In this document: positions 37,470 to 50,830 of the stretch, one piece after another
Layout: the number at the start of each line of letters is the position of its first letter
How positions within the stretch are numbered: the first letter of the stretch is position 1
Assembly (NCBI GenBank): GCA_003427395.1
Contig: BFEA01000035.1
Location: 1,185,379 to 1,249,378, forward strand
Origin: Chara braunii
Lineage: Eukaryota; Plantae; Charophyceae
Direction of reading: 5' to 3'
Length of the DNA: 64,000 nucleotides
Made by a program: the position numbers and the translations under genes
Notes under the pieces: model-generated
Seen by the model: the letters and a program-made list of their open reading frames with translations, nothing else
Told to the model about the DNA's origin: nothing
The model's database searches: none

Positions 37470-38577
37470 ACCACTTGGCATATAACTAACCCACCCCACT
37501 CACTTGTTACATTGTCAAGGACGAACAGTGAGAATAATTTGTCCTCACTTGGCGGAGAAAGTGGGCAAGGGAAGGGTTGTCGGTCCCTTGTGCCGCCGAG
37601 AAGGAAAAGGGGGAGACACGTGAGCCATTGAGAGAAGTCCAGTCCGAAAAAGGACTAGACCAAGTTGGTACTTAAGACGAGGTCAGTTTGACTCAACCAT
37701 TTTCCTGACTGCATGACTATGAGAAGAGGATGGACTGATCGAGCAAAGGAAGGAGAACAATGAGAAGCCAAAGAGAACGAAAGATTAGGCATATGGGAAA
37801 GGTCATGTGTTGACCCCAATGGGGGATTGTATTGGTCTTTGCTTTCGTGTGGGATTGTGCAGGTAAGTAAAGTCTTGGGATGTCTTGAGCGGGACCGGGC
37901 CGGGAGAAATCGGGCGGCAAAGGAAAAGGGGAAGAGGGGTGAAGGGGCTACGGACCCTTAGTGTAGAACTGGATCATGAGGGAGACCTTTGTGCTTAAGA
38001 CTTGGAATGCGAAACAAAAGAAAGGGATGAGGCTTGTTGCTAATCGGACTGTGAAGTAGCCTGTGCATGCATGTGAAGGCCCCGAAAGGACTAAGGGGTC
38101 TGCTCCAATGACGATGGATAAAATATATGAGACACAAGGAGTGTGTAGAGGCGAAAGGGAAGACAACGTTCCCGCACCCCGATAACGCCGTAAGATTGTT
38201 CTGCTTAGGGAAATGGTGTGTGGCCGAAGGATGACGCTTAGCCTGCGCACAAGAGAAGAAGAACTCCCAAAAAACCCCGGGACTGCCTGCGTATTGGAAG
38301 GAGCATTTTCTTGAGAACACAACCAAGACTAAAAAAAAAATCAGCGTTTGCAGAATGACCAGCGAGACTACCACCCGGCGTGAGGGCTGAGCTACATTCC
38401 TAATGTCAAAGCTCGCTCGCGCAATGGCCCACCCCCATCCATCTCAAAGCACTAGGTGGGGATGACCCTGGGACGAACGGCCCGCGCCCTGAGCATGAGC
38501 GTGGGCGGGATGAGCCAAATGGGACCCGCAGTGGGGTTGACCAAGGCTCGAAAGTCTACCGGGGTTCAGCCCTACAA
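37470..38577. repeat. Dispersed repeat (LTR-like); second, rearranged copy at 62797-63890
   Basis: 37470-38328 is an inverted homologue of 62997-63890; 38428-38577 is a direct homologue of 62797-62945. Confidence 0.8.
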
Positions 38578-40197
38578 AATTGGTGGAGGTGACGGGCAAG
38601 GGGGTTAAACTGACCCTTGCGATTTCGGAGGGGGCGCCCGACGCATTGACCTGTACATAACTTAAGATAAGGGAATGAGGACTTGTGCTTGCCCTACCCC
38701 TTAGAGTGGTTGGGCACATGGCATGGCCAGGCCTGGAGGAAAAACATGGATGCTACACACTTGATCAGCTTACTCCCTTGTGGAGTAGATCTAGCCCCCC
38801 TCCTTTGGTGCTGGTGTTCGCCATCCGAAGGAGCCTCGGGCGAGTCGCAGGTCGACCCTTCCTCTTTGTATGAAAGAAGGGCTCCGATTACCTGGTAGGC
38901 GGTTGGCACTTCGGCTTCAGCCGGAGTCCAATGAAAATCCCACGGCGGAGTGATCCGGCCGACTGGGTGCCCTTCTCACCTCTTCTTTTGAGCCCAGCGG
39001 GATCATGCACTCTACACTTGAAATGCTTGAAGGAACCTACATGAACACATTGGGTCATGAAGAAGGAACAATCCTACCCTATGAAAGGACAGACAAATGC
39101 AGATAAAGGGAATGAAGGGAGTTGTTAGATTCCTAAGAAAACTAGCTCCCCCTAGAAGACGCTCACGAAAAGGAACCAACTACTATGTATGGAAGTAAGG
39201 GGAGTGACACTCATTGTCCTGAGAGAAAACTGTGAGTTATGGGTAGGAAGCGCTGGGTGCACCAAGGGAAAGACACTTGAAACGTCGTTTCTTTTGCAGT
39301 GCGGCCGGGTCTCATATGCGGAGGTCGGACCACTGAGCTGTCGGACGGGAGTTGGTCTCGGCGGTTTATTAGTAGCACTCTCTCCCGGGCGGACCGAGCA
39401 TGGCTCTGCACCTTGCCCAGGCGGGATGCGAAACGTCTCCTCAAGCGGGGCTTAACTTGTCGGCTGGCGGAGGGGGACCACTGTGTGTGAGGCAAGAAGG
39501 GGGCCTCGGAGACGATTAGTAGCCTTCCGTAGTACGGTTTGAGAAAGGCTGATTCTTATCGGACCGATGGAAGTGAATGCCCAGACAACTGACTATTGCT
39601 CCTAACGGGGTGCGCGGGTTGATTCCCGGTACCAACGGGGGTATGCAAGAGCGGCAAGACGGGATGGGGTATTTTGGGCGAACGGAGAGGGGTAACACCC
39701 TGTGCCGGAGCCTGGGTACCACGCTCGCGACGGTTGAGTTGCGCTTGAGGTATGGGATAAAACTCTGTCGAAGGTACCAGCGGAGAGGCCATATTGGGGT
39801 AGGCCGGTGAGGAGATGACCGACCCGTATGTGAGATTGCCTGATTTTTTTTTTGTGTATTCCCCCTCTGGAAAAGATCACTGAGTTTGAATTGTTGCATG
39901 GGGTTTGACTCTCGTCTATTCTCACCTCCCTATCTAAGTCTACACGAGTGAGAGATGATTGTAAGGAAGGAGGATAGAGGTCAGTCGGAATGGAACCAAG
40001 AGAAAGAATGTTGGGTAGTGAATGGCCGACCGAGGGTACTATGGGAGGGTGGTACTTAGGAATGGGGATGAAAACTAGGGAGACCTTGATGAGGGGTCTG
40101 AAATAATTCTCATCCAGAATATAGATTGACCTGATAAAAATGGGGGGGGGCGTCCGGTGCTCTCTTACGAAAACAGGGGTCGGGTGCTAGAAACAAG

Positions 40198-40980
40198 ATG
40201 GTGCGGTGGTTGTCATCTCCGATCTATACCAGTGGTCCGGAAATGGCGGTAGATGTAAAGGATGGAGTATTGGTCGTCCTCCCGGAAGAAGGAACGTGGA
40301 CAGATCTAGAACCAGCCTATCAAACCATAATGCTGGACAAGGAGAACGCGTTCCTCTGGATAGAAACGATATGGACTAAAGTCAGCTTGACGAGGTTGTC
40401 ACCAAGCTTGATGGATCTGGAATTCCGAGGGACGGTGAAAGCCCGAGGGTGGGTCTACTTATCGCAAGATGGGGAGAACGCTATGGTCATAGACTTGATA
40501 CTAGGGACCACGCCGGGCGAATTATTTAGGAAGGCAGAGAGGGAGGTTGTATGGGCTGCATGTCAGCGGGCAGAAATGGAAATGGAAAGGGTACATGTGC
40601 GAGTGGAACTCGGGGATAGAGGAAGCGTGAGGCAACCCGTCAGGACGATGAGATGTGTGTTGCCTTCCTTTCTGGTAGACACGGTCTTCAGAACTCGAAG
40701 CAGGCTAGTACAGATATGCCAATCCATGATGAACCTTGGGCTATACCAATGCGCAGGCAGGACTTCTTCCGACTGTCAGTAAAAATGGGGCCTTTTGAAG
40801 GAAATACTGCGGAGGAACTGACCGAGATGCTGAATTGCCTTAGCATAGACAATGTCTTTGTCCTAGCTTTGTGCATTGGGGGATAGTCTACAGGAATGTG
40901 GCAGTAGGGGAGACATTCCTGGAGGGGGTGAAGGAATTATTCTACGACGAAGAAGATGATCTCAGTGACGATGACGAAAG
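40198..40980 (+). pseudogene. Unknown-function ORF, paralogue A (frameshifted)
   Basis: KENAFLWIETIWT, GWVYLSQDG, RCVLPSFLVD and KMGPFEGNTAEELTEMLN align with ORF 42163-42876. Confidence 0.7.
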
Positions 40981-41039
40981 GGATAAGATAGAGGATTGGG
41001 ATTTCTGAGGTAAGGGACTTATTAGCGGAAACTGAGTGA

Positions 41040-41812
41040 CTTGGCGCTGTGCAGGAAAAAAACGATGGCTAGGGAACAGTTGCTGATGGACTGCGCTTTC
41101 AAAGGATGGGAAGCAAGGCGACTCAGAGGGGGGGTAGAAATGCCTATATCAATGGAAAACGAATGGAGAGGGACCACGTGCGACTGGGTTGGGTTTGAGG
41201 TTGTCCCGGGACTATCATACAGAATGAATCTGGAATCCAATAAGGGAAGAGGAAGGCTGGGACGAGATAGCCGAGGGCAAAGTGGAATCAGTCGGAACAG
41301 TCGTTCTTTCCGAGGAAGGATGACACTTGTTTTGCACCATGATAGCAGTGAGACAGGATCCGATGTGGCTTCTGGGGGATGCGAATGCGCGAACCCGGAA
41401 GGAGGGCAAGAGGTTCGCCAACGAAGGATGGGATGAAGTCAGTAGTAGGGTTGTGATGGGAGGATGGAAGGAACTCAAGCCTCCCAGTCTGCGAACAACA
41501 GCTTGGGTGCCTCAGCTCGGGGCGGAGTGGTTTGGGGGTTTCGACCACATTTTAGGAATAACCGACTCCTTGAGAGGGACGCACATAGGGTGTGCCTGAC
41601 TGACTGAGGAATTTTATAGGACCTCGTTGAAATACGGGCCCTTCTACGGTGATAAAGCCTTGGAAATTCTCACCATTCAGAGAATAGGTAAGTATGACCG
41701 CCTAGAGGGAGACGCGGCAGCCTGGGACGCCATAGTTACCCGGGAGGCGGCGACCGCTCCATCCTACGTAGATGATGTTTTCAAATTGTTTGGCGTACTG
41801 TGGTTTGATTAA
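41040..41812 (+). pseudogene. Unknown-function ORF, paralogue B (stop/frameshift)
   Basis: SRVVMGGWKELKPP, FYRTSLKYGPFYGDKALEIL and IVTREAATAPSYVDDVFKLF align with ORF 42163-42876. Confidence 0.65.
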
Positions 41813-42162
41813 AAGACCAGGAAATCGGACGCCGTGGGGAAATCAAAGTGTGCGGGGGTGTGCATGTAAACTAGGGGGTAACATACGATAGGGGCATGTA
41901 CATTAGTTTGGCAGGGCGTGCGAGGAGATTGAAACAAGGAAAGGCGTTCGACCATTGTGGGCGCAGGGCAGAAAAGAAGAAAAGGGACATGAGCGGGAAG
42001 GGAAACGGTAGGAGGATGAGCAGTTGCTGAAGAACGGGCTATGATCCTCTCTATTTGGGCTATGCAGGAAATCACCAAACAACGATGGCGGCAAGACGTG
42101 TTCGGACGGTACGCTAGCCCCGGTACCCCGGCCCGCCCTGGAATAATGGCAGAGGGTGGGAA

Positions 42163-42876
42163 GTGTCCCTTCCATCAAGTTTCGAATTTTGGGGAATCGA
42201 TGTGGAGTGGCGGGCCGTAACCTTGGGGAGGGACAACGCCTTCATAAAGGTGGAATGTTTGTGGACCGGGATGCGATTTAATCGAGGGCCTGGGGACGAC
42301 CTGTACTCCAACTTGGAAGTAACCGGGACTTTGTACCTACCCGAAATTGGTTGGCACTCGCTGGGAGTAGGAATAGCAGAAGGTCACGAGCTGATCCCGG
42401 TCTTTCGGCGGGCTGCCCGGGTATTGACACAGATAGGCCAATCGGTCAGGGGTAGGAGGAACGTGGGCTTACAGACCAAGGTGGAAGTAGGGAGTTGGCG
42501 GGAGCTTAGCGCACCGGCCACCCCGCTAAGATGCGGGGTCCCCCGATTCATGATAGACCTCAACTTCGGGAGCCTCACGAGGGCGCAAGATCTGGCGGAC
42601 TCAGCAATAGTCTGGATAGATCACTTCCCACCTCAAGCTATCAGAATGTTTTATGATATCTTTGTGGAGCATGGGCCGTTTTGGGGTAATCGGGCCCAGG
42701 AGTTGCTGGAGGTTATCAATATTCTGATATTTGGGTTGCCGCGATTAGCCTGCGCGGAATACGAGCACATAATTCGGAGAGAGATCGAGGTGGGAAAAAA
42801 CTATCTAGCAGGGGTGGCTCAACTATTTGAGGAGCCTACCAAACCGGAAGAGCCACGGGGACGAGAGCGGGACTAG
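42163..42876 (+). CDS. Unknown-function 237-aa protein, paralogue C (open frame)
   Basis: Open, globular-looking sequence with blocks conserved in the two upstream paralogues; the start codon is uncertain. Confidence 0.65.
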   Translation: MSLPSSFEFWGIDVEWRAVTLGRDNAFIKVECLWTGMRFNRGPGDDLYSNLEVTGTLYLPEIGWHSLGVGIAEGHELIPVFRRAARVLTQIGQSVRGRRNVGLQTKVEVGSWRELSAPATPLRCGVPRFMIDLNFGSLTRAQDLADSAIVWIDHFPPQAIRMFYDIFVEHGPFWGNRAQELLEVINILIFGLPRLACAEYEHIIRREIEVGKNYLAGVAQLFEEPTKPEEPRGRERD

Positions 42877-43288
42877 CACCCGAAAGCAAGCTGGTAGGGC
42901 AAATAAAGTATATTCCATTACGTATAGGGGTTCACCGATGGGAACAGGAAAAGGACTGTTGGACCCGGACAACCAAAAGTCGTTGCGGAATAGGGAAGGG
43001 GCAGATCCATGATAATTGCCATAACCCGGGGAGTTGAAAAAAGTACTAACTAGGGACCCTTCCCGACGGAGTGCCCAACCGGAACTCCTGCGCGCCCGAC
43101 ACGACGAATAGGCCATTCTAAACGAGTCTGTCATAAGAGGAACTAAGTTCGGTTCCTTAGCTCGATAGGGCAGCTGGGTCGGCCATGGGTCCTTTTTTCA
43201 TGGAAAGGCAATCAGAGGACGGAAATGGGGAGGGGGCTACTTTCTAAATAAGACAAAACCGAAGGGACTAGAAGCCTATGGAACCTGA

Positions 43289-45607
43289 ATGCCTCGAGCT
43301 GCTTGTGTCCCGGGGGGTCCTCTGGTTTATGCAGATCTAGGCAAAATGGCAACGGAGGATGAGACAGACAATCGTAGAAGCGAGGGAGGACCAGGCTTAG
43401 GAGGCAGCACCGTACAAAGCGAGGAGGGTCAGAAGGACAGAGAATCGATAAATCCGGATGGTACCAAGGGGAACAGGAAAGAAATCTCCTCAGGGGAAAG
43501 CTCGGGAAAGGCCGGGGGAAGCAAGCAGGGGACCCAGGAGACCAGGGAGGGTAGAAATATGGACAGGACAAACCTTCGGAATTCAGATGGAGTTGTATCT
43601 AAGAAGGTGAGAATCACGAACGCAAGGCGCAAACTAGCTGAGATAGAGAAGAGAACCGCAGAGTACAAGGCAAGATTGATCCAGGAGATAACGACTGGGA
43701 ACGAGGGGGACCTCCCGCAGGAAGAACCGCGGGACGAACGGAAGGTCAGCCGAGGCAGCATTGGGCAAGGGGATAAGGGTAGTGACCGAGGAGGAACACC
43801 TAGCAAGAGAAGGAAGGAGATGGAGAACTCGCCTGGAATGGAAGTGGAGAAGGCTACAAACCCGCCAGCCATAGATAGCGGGGCTAGCCGCCTGCCGGCC
43901 GCACCAACAGTAATGCGAGGGTGCGAGGGGCTCTGGAGCCTTAGGGAAAGGGTGTTGGGGTGGTTTGACCCAGAAGGGACTGCAAAAACTAGGGAAGGAC
44001 GGACGACCGGCAAGGAAGGGCAGGAAACCAGTACCGCAGGCGAGACCAGCAGCCCCGAGGGCGGCCTCAGGAAGATAGTGTCGTCCCTCACACGCGCGCT
44101 AAACAAAAACCAAGGCTACCTCGCGGACGTTAATAAAAAGTTGACGTTTGATGGGGCAAACATCATGGAGTTCCTAATAGATTACGAGAACCTGGCCGCT
44201 TTGTTGAAATGGACTGAAGAAGAGAAGATGAACCACCTAGGACAGCATGTGTCATTGAGCTTGGGACGAGTCATAATGGTCATCGTGGCCGCGAATCGAT
44301 ATTGGAAGGAAACCCGGGATGTAATGATGAGGAAGTACCTGGCGGCAGAGAAAATGGCAACAGAGGCCGACTTAGCGGCAATTCAAAGGAGGAGCTTTGC
44401 AACATACAATGACTTCCTGAGAGAGTTTACCCTGGTAGCGCTAAGGATCCCCGGGGTAACGGACCGAATAATGAGTAAGTATTTCCTCAGACAGTTCTCT
44501 GAGTTCGATAAGGACAAGATTCTGTCGGCCTACCAACAGACGAGCAAGTTTGTAAACACCAGGGATATTGATTCCAGTAAGGTAACAGATCTGACCGAGA
44601 AAATGGTACTGACCGAAACGCTAGCCTTGCTTAAGGAAGGAGAGATCATAGATCTGACCGGCAAGACGAGCGACAAGGTAAAAAGGGGGATCGAAAGTCT
44701 ACATGAAGGCGTGCACGAAGTCGATAATAAGATCGAAAGGGAGGAGAACACGCTGATGGTTATGCAAGCGTAAGTATCTCGACCCTCCCTCCCTCCCCAA
44801 GAAGCCGTAGTATCGGCAGGAGTAGCCAACCGAGGGTTCAGTCGGAGATATCCCGCTAATGAGTAGTGCAGGTACTGCACCACGGTGGGACATTTTGTGC
44901 GAGCATGTCCGAAGCTCAACCACGACATATTAAAAAGGAGATGTACCAGGTCATTAAAGGGGGAGATATTTGGAGCTCAGGGAGAACGGGTGAACTGGAA
45001 CTCACCAGGAGAAATGCGGCGTGCCGTTATCATCCTCAATGGGTTAGAGATAGCAGCGGTAGAGGCTGAACCAGTGGTCGATATCGTTTGGGACCAACTC
45101 CGAGGGCGCGGGGCACAGGTCAACTTCATTGTAGAAAGCGACGGACGCGATAGGGTGAACGCGATTACCCGATTAGGAACGGCCGGAAGAAGGATCATTT
45201 GTGACACTGTGATGGGGGAGGTTGCTGGAGGCACCACGACCCAAGCAGAGCCTGATATCGGGGAGCCGAAGAAAGTTTACGGGAAACCTCAGGAAGAGGA
45301 ACCCACGGACAAGGTCACTGCTGACAATAAAAAGTTTAGGTATCAAATCCCGATCCTAACCATGCCGGAGATCGACGACACCCTTAGCAAATTACTAGGA
45401 ACCATGGTATCAATGTCCTTTCAGACTATGTTGCAAGCGAGCCCCAGACTGCTCAAAGGGCTTAGACAACTATGGACTCGCCGACGAGTGAAGATCGATG
45501 AAAATCCGGAATCGCAGGAGGAGGAAGCTCTACAAGAAGTCGCTAATCTTCAAAGGAGCCCTGGGGATTTGAAAGACCTAGAAAAGGTTTTGCGGATATC
45601 CGCTTGA
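43289..45607 (+). pseudogene. gag of a divergent Gypsy element (capsid-like region + zinc knuckle)
   Basis: LTFDGANIMEFLIDYENLA...W capsid-type motif; CRYCTTVGHFVRAC (CX2CX4HX4C) at ~44867-44910. Confidence 0.85.
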
Positions 45608-48600
45608 GCTTGTTAGACCGTGAAGGCGCGAAAGTCATGAGGACCCCGCCGGGGACGAAGCTTAGTTTTCATGCGTTGCCCGTAGGGAAGTTAAAGGTAC
45701 ATATCGGGACACATCACACAGACGCTCTAGTAGACGGAGGCGCGAAAATCACACTCATAAGGAGGGATTTCGCAACAATTACCGACTATGTGGTTAACAA
45801 GGAAGTAATGGGGAACATATGAGGGGTCGGTGGCGAGATCCCGTTTTCAGGGTACGTCACCAAATGTGCAGTCAAGGCAGGCATCCGGGAGTTGATAGGG
45901 TGATTTCAGCGGATGACCATGTTAGACAAGATGGACCATGCCATAATCCTCGGGAGACCATTGTGCGCCAATGTAGAAATGATAGGGATGCATCTGCATG
46001 ATGACACATACATAGTGGACTTAGAGGACCCTGTAACTGGCCGAGGGGAGCTCCTTCGACTCATCCGGACCGGAGGGGACCCTCCTAAAGGAAAGTTGGC
46101 AACATGGTCGCCGAGATTCGAAGATAGCGCGCAAAAGGGGACTTTTGCGCGAATCGGGGGTAGGAGAGAAAGGGTAGAAATTATGATTGAGGAGGCGTTC
46201 AATAAGAAAGAATGGATCAAGATGGGCCTACCTCAGAAGAATAGAAGACAGGAAGACAAAGTCTTGGGTGTTATGGTGGCGGAAAGAGAATCAGAAGTTG
46301 AACTTGGAGTCAGCCTGCCCAAGCGGAAAGAGGTACGGAGAGAGGTACCGAAAATCGCACTCGAGATCCCCGACTTTTTACAGCTCATCAAAGCTAGGGG
46401 TGGACCCGACGGCGCTGGCCAAATTTGAAGGAGAGGTACAAAAGGGGTATTGTCTGAATGGGAAGATAATCAGTATTCAACCACAGGTCGTGAAGGCAAC
46501 AAGGGTAATTCCGACCGTTCATTTTTTAGGAGAAAGATCCTGGAAGGAAGTGTTCGAAAGTACAAGCCAATAGGGAAGAAAGCTAAGACAGTTTCGATCC
46601 TGCTAGAGACATCCAGGGAAGAGGCCATGGAAAGGGAGGAAGAGGTTCGTCGAGTAATCCGAGAGAGGCGAGCGACAGAATGACATCGGATACCAGATGA
46701 GGCAGCTAACACGATGAAGATAGGAATACAGGGGTTCTTAACGGAAGAAGAAACCCTCCTGATCAAAAGGACGTGTCAAGAGTTTCATCTGGCATTTGCC
46801 TTTAGTGATTACCAAAAGGGGCGGTTAGACGCAAAACTAATCCCTCCAGTTAGGATCCACACAGTAGAGCATGAGTGTTGGAATGACAAAGGGTCATCTT
46901 ATGAGTTTGGGATAGCAGGGGAAGTGACAGACCTTCTTCGAGCAAAAATGGACTCCTTCGTCGCAGAGCCTACAGCGTCAGCATACGTAAACAGGTGGTT
47001 CATCTTTCGAAAACCCAACAAGACGCTGATGTGGATTCAAGACCTGCAGAAGTTGAATGAAGTAACCATCGGGGATGCCGGTTCGCTACCACAGACCGAT
47101 TTATTAGTAGAGTCTCACACCGGCCGGGGCATTTACTCCCTGGTAGACTTGTATTCCGGATACGATCAACTTCCATTGGACGCTCGTGACATATCATACA
47201 CCGCAATGAATACTTCCGTAGGATAGTTGCAGATGCAGGTAACCCCTATGGGCTTTACGAACGCAGTAGCCGAAGCGCAAAGGAGGATGCTCGCCGTAGC
47301 CGGGGACATGGTCCCAGAGAAGTGTGAGCCCTACATCGATGACAACCCGATCAAAGACGCCCAGAGGAAGGACGAGACGAAAGTCCAACCAGGAATTCAA
47401 AAATTTATGTGAGACCATCTACAGGACATCAAGGACTTACTCCGCTGATTTCTAGTATACAACATCACGGCTAGCGGACCAAATAGTATTATGGCAGTCC
47501 CGAAGGTGACCATACTAGGATTTCGCTGTGGCGCATATGGTAGGAAGCCGGACCCGACAAAAACCGACAAGATATCGCAGTGGCCAACGCCCCTGCGCAC
47601 GACGATGAAGGTAAGAGCGTTCTTAGGCATGGTCGATTTTTGGAGGATCTTTATTAAAAATTTTGCCAAGATTGCTGAGCCTATCCGCGCCACGATCCAA
47701 GAAGAAGAGCGAGAGGGAGCCGCCCAAACCCTGAAGGACATATTGACATCAGAGCAAGTCACTTTAGCAGCACTCTGTTTTAACGACGAAGTTGGACGAC
47801 CGTTTATTCTAGAGACGGACGGAGGACCCTTAGTCGTAGGGGGCGTAATGATTCAAAAGGATGAGGGAGGAAAAGAGAGGTCAATTAGGTTCGAGAGTAG
47901 AACCCTGAACTCAGCAGAACGATGGTACTCACAGTTCAAGAAGTAGGTCCTTGTCGTCCTGCATTGTCTCAAAACATTCCAAGCCTACCTGTTTGGGAGA
48001 CGTTTTATCCTAAGGATCGACCCGACCAATGCCGCAGGGGCTTTAAGGAATTACAAGGCTATAGACCCGACGGTCGGGAGATGGGTAAGATTCATCTGGC
48101 AGTTCGACTACAAGATCGAACAGATCGCTGGACTTAGGAACAAGGCCGATAAGCTACGTCGGGTCTGTATCACGCCCAAAGGGGTGGAGGATGCAGAACC
48201 CATCAACGCGTTCCTTGAATACGAAGGAGGAACCCTTGCGGTGGATAACGAAATGATGAGCAAAGGATGCGCGTCGGGAGAGTTGTTGATTCAGACCCTG
48301 GAGAAAGGGGCACCTATCGTAGTGGCGGAACTTAGGGAAGGGTCATTCACTACTCGGGGACGCAAGGAGGAGAAGGACTCGTGGAGAGAAATAGTAGGCT
48401 CAAAGGAGGAATTGATATCAATGGTCGTTGAGGGAGGCCGGGAAGCCGTGATGAGCTTAGTGGAATCTTGGGAACGAAAAGAGTTGCAACTAATGATAAA
48501 CCAGATGTAGGAGAAGCAGGGTAAGGATCAGGAAGGGAAATAGTTTTTCTATGTTCAGATGTACGAAGGGGCCTTTCGAGAAATCGGATTGCTACTGATA

Positions 48601-49854
48601 GGAAATAAGCAGCCCGTGGAGGTCAGCATTAAGGCAAGGGAGGAGGCCGAAAGATACGTCCTCAGGAACGGTCATCTGTTCAGGAGAGAGGAAGGCGTTA
48701 CACCTAGAAGAGTCGTATGCGAGAAGTCTGGACAGTTGGACGTGATCCAGGCGATGCACGATGGACTAGCAGGGGGACATCGATCGTCCAAAGGGACTCT
48801 TGCAAAGATGACACCACTCTATTATTGGCCAGGCATGGCAAGCATGGTCGCCACGTACTGTCAGACCTGTCTAATTTGCCAGGAACGGAGCTCGGCTCGC
48901 GTTTTCGAGCCACTTAGACCAACACGGATGTTGGGGCCGGGACATCTGATCCACCTTGACCTTGCGGTTATGTCCGTGTCAACTTATGGATACAAGTATA
49001 TCCTGCATGCGCGGGACAACTTGAGTGGGTTCGTGGAAGCGGTCGCCCTCAAGAAAAAGACGGGGAAAAGTGTAGCAGATTGGATAGAGGATTTTTACCT
49101 GAGGCATCCCTTCATCAAGAGGTTTATAGCAGACAATGAAACAGAGTTTGTAAACCAAGAAGTGTTGGGAATGCTTAAAAGGCTTTGCGTACCTATCAAA
49201 CTCGTTGAGCCGTATCACTCGGAGGCCAATGCACCTGTGGAAAAGGGGCACCGGACCTTAAAGAACACAATTGCGAAGCTCGCGGCGGACAATCTAGGGA
49301 GTTGGCCTAGGTATCTTAAGCAGGGTGTCTGCTCAGAGAACATGACACCTAAGAGGACAACGGGATGTATCCCAACGGAACTCTGATACGGAAGAAAAAT
49401 TGATTTTCCCATGGAAGCCTTGATACCTACCTGGAACAGGATATATGACAATCCGCGTATGACCACAAAATAATTAATTGAGCCACGATGTCAACAAGTC
49501 CTTAGAAATGAGGAGGCCATGGATGACATTGCCAACCGTGTACTAGACAGCAGGATGAGGGACAAAACAAGGTGGGACTATGTTAAGAATATCCGAAAGG
49601 AGCCACTTCAGGTGGGAGAGGTAGTACTGGTGAGAAACTCGGCGCTAGAAAACACCTGGTCTGGGCAGCTGGGGACGAGGTTCAAAGGCCCCTACCAGAT
49701 CGCTAAGCGAGTGGGACTGAACACCTTCGAATTGGAAGATTCGGATGAAACTGGATTAAGGGTACCCTTCTCAGGGCAACGATTGGTCAGGTTTCTAAGT
49801 CGGGCCCCAGTGGAGCAATGGCTTCAGGAGGCCAAGGATAAGAAAAGAAACTGA
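45604..49854 (+). pseudogene. pol of a divergent Gypsy: protease, RT, RNase H, integrase, with many stops
   Basis: ALVDGGA; IQDLQKLN, DLYSGYDQL, PMGFTNA, PYIDD; FILETDGG, RFESRTLN; HDGLAGGH...CQTC, HLDLAVM, IADNETEF, FKGPYQI. Confidence 0.92.
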
Positions 49855-50047
49855 CGGCAGCCTTGCCCCCACCATGTTTTGTCTCTGACTACGTCTGTGG
49901 AACTTGTTTTTTTTGGAGGAGGGCAATGGCTCGGGCTGATTGAAAAAGGGGGGCGGGATGCCCTGGGGCTTTTTGTGCCAATGGTTTTGAGTGGTAATGG
50001 GAAAGACTGCCGGGAGCATTGTACCATAGTTTTTTAGGGAAAAATAA

Positions 50048-50830
50048 AAGGGTCTTTACGAATGCGGCATCTGCATGAAGGGGCAACATATAATAATGAC
50101 TTTGTGCAAGGGATACTGGGAGCACTCTGGGGGAAAGGGCATTTTCCTACCAAAATTGGGAGGGGGGGGGAACATGTGTATGAGGGGCTCGGTGGGTGTT
50201 GTTTTGCTACACAGGATCAGGGAAGAAGCCTTAGAAAAAGCGAAAATGGAATTCGGCAATGAAAATGATAGCGGGGCAATCAACAGGCCCAGCGAAGGGG
50301 AAGGAGCGGGACCAAGTCGAGAGCAGAGGACTGCAAAGAAAAAGTTGTACATAGGATACCTGTCCAAACATGTAGTGGGCTGGGGGGCGAGAAAACAGGT
50401 GTGTAGAGGGCCCTTCGCTCTCAGAAAGGGAGAAGGGATAATCTCATCGGGGAGTAAGAGCGAGGAAGAGAAAACGAGTATGGGAGAGAGTGTTCGGGCC
50501 TCTACCAAGGAGAGGGCCGAGGGATGCGAGCAGCATGAGCCTTGGCATGGGGGGAACGAAGCGAGGCAGGACATGAGCGGCGAGTGCATGAAGAGCGGAG
50601 CGGCCACGATAATTGTGAGAGGAGATACATGGACTTTGGGGAAGGATATTGGAGGAGGACGAAAATCCCTTATAAGTTAGACCCGAAGAACTTCACGGGT
50701 GAGTTCAACCCCGTATAGATGGAAGAGGATGTGGACGGGGAGGAAGAAGTGCAAGAGGTCATAGAGATTAGCAGCGGCAATAAGAGGGATGAGATCTCCA
50801 GGCCCAGAGAAGAGAAGCGACCCCTGTGAA
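50048..50830 (+). pseudogene. Possible extra ORF downstream of pol
   Basis: YECGICMKGQHIIMTLC (CX2CX4HX5C), then charged sequence and an acidic EEDVDGEEEVQEVIEISS segment. Confidence 0.4.
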
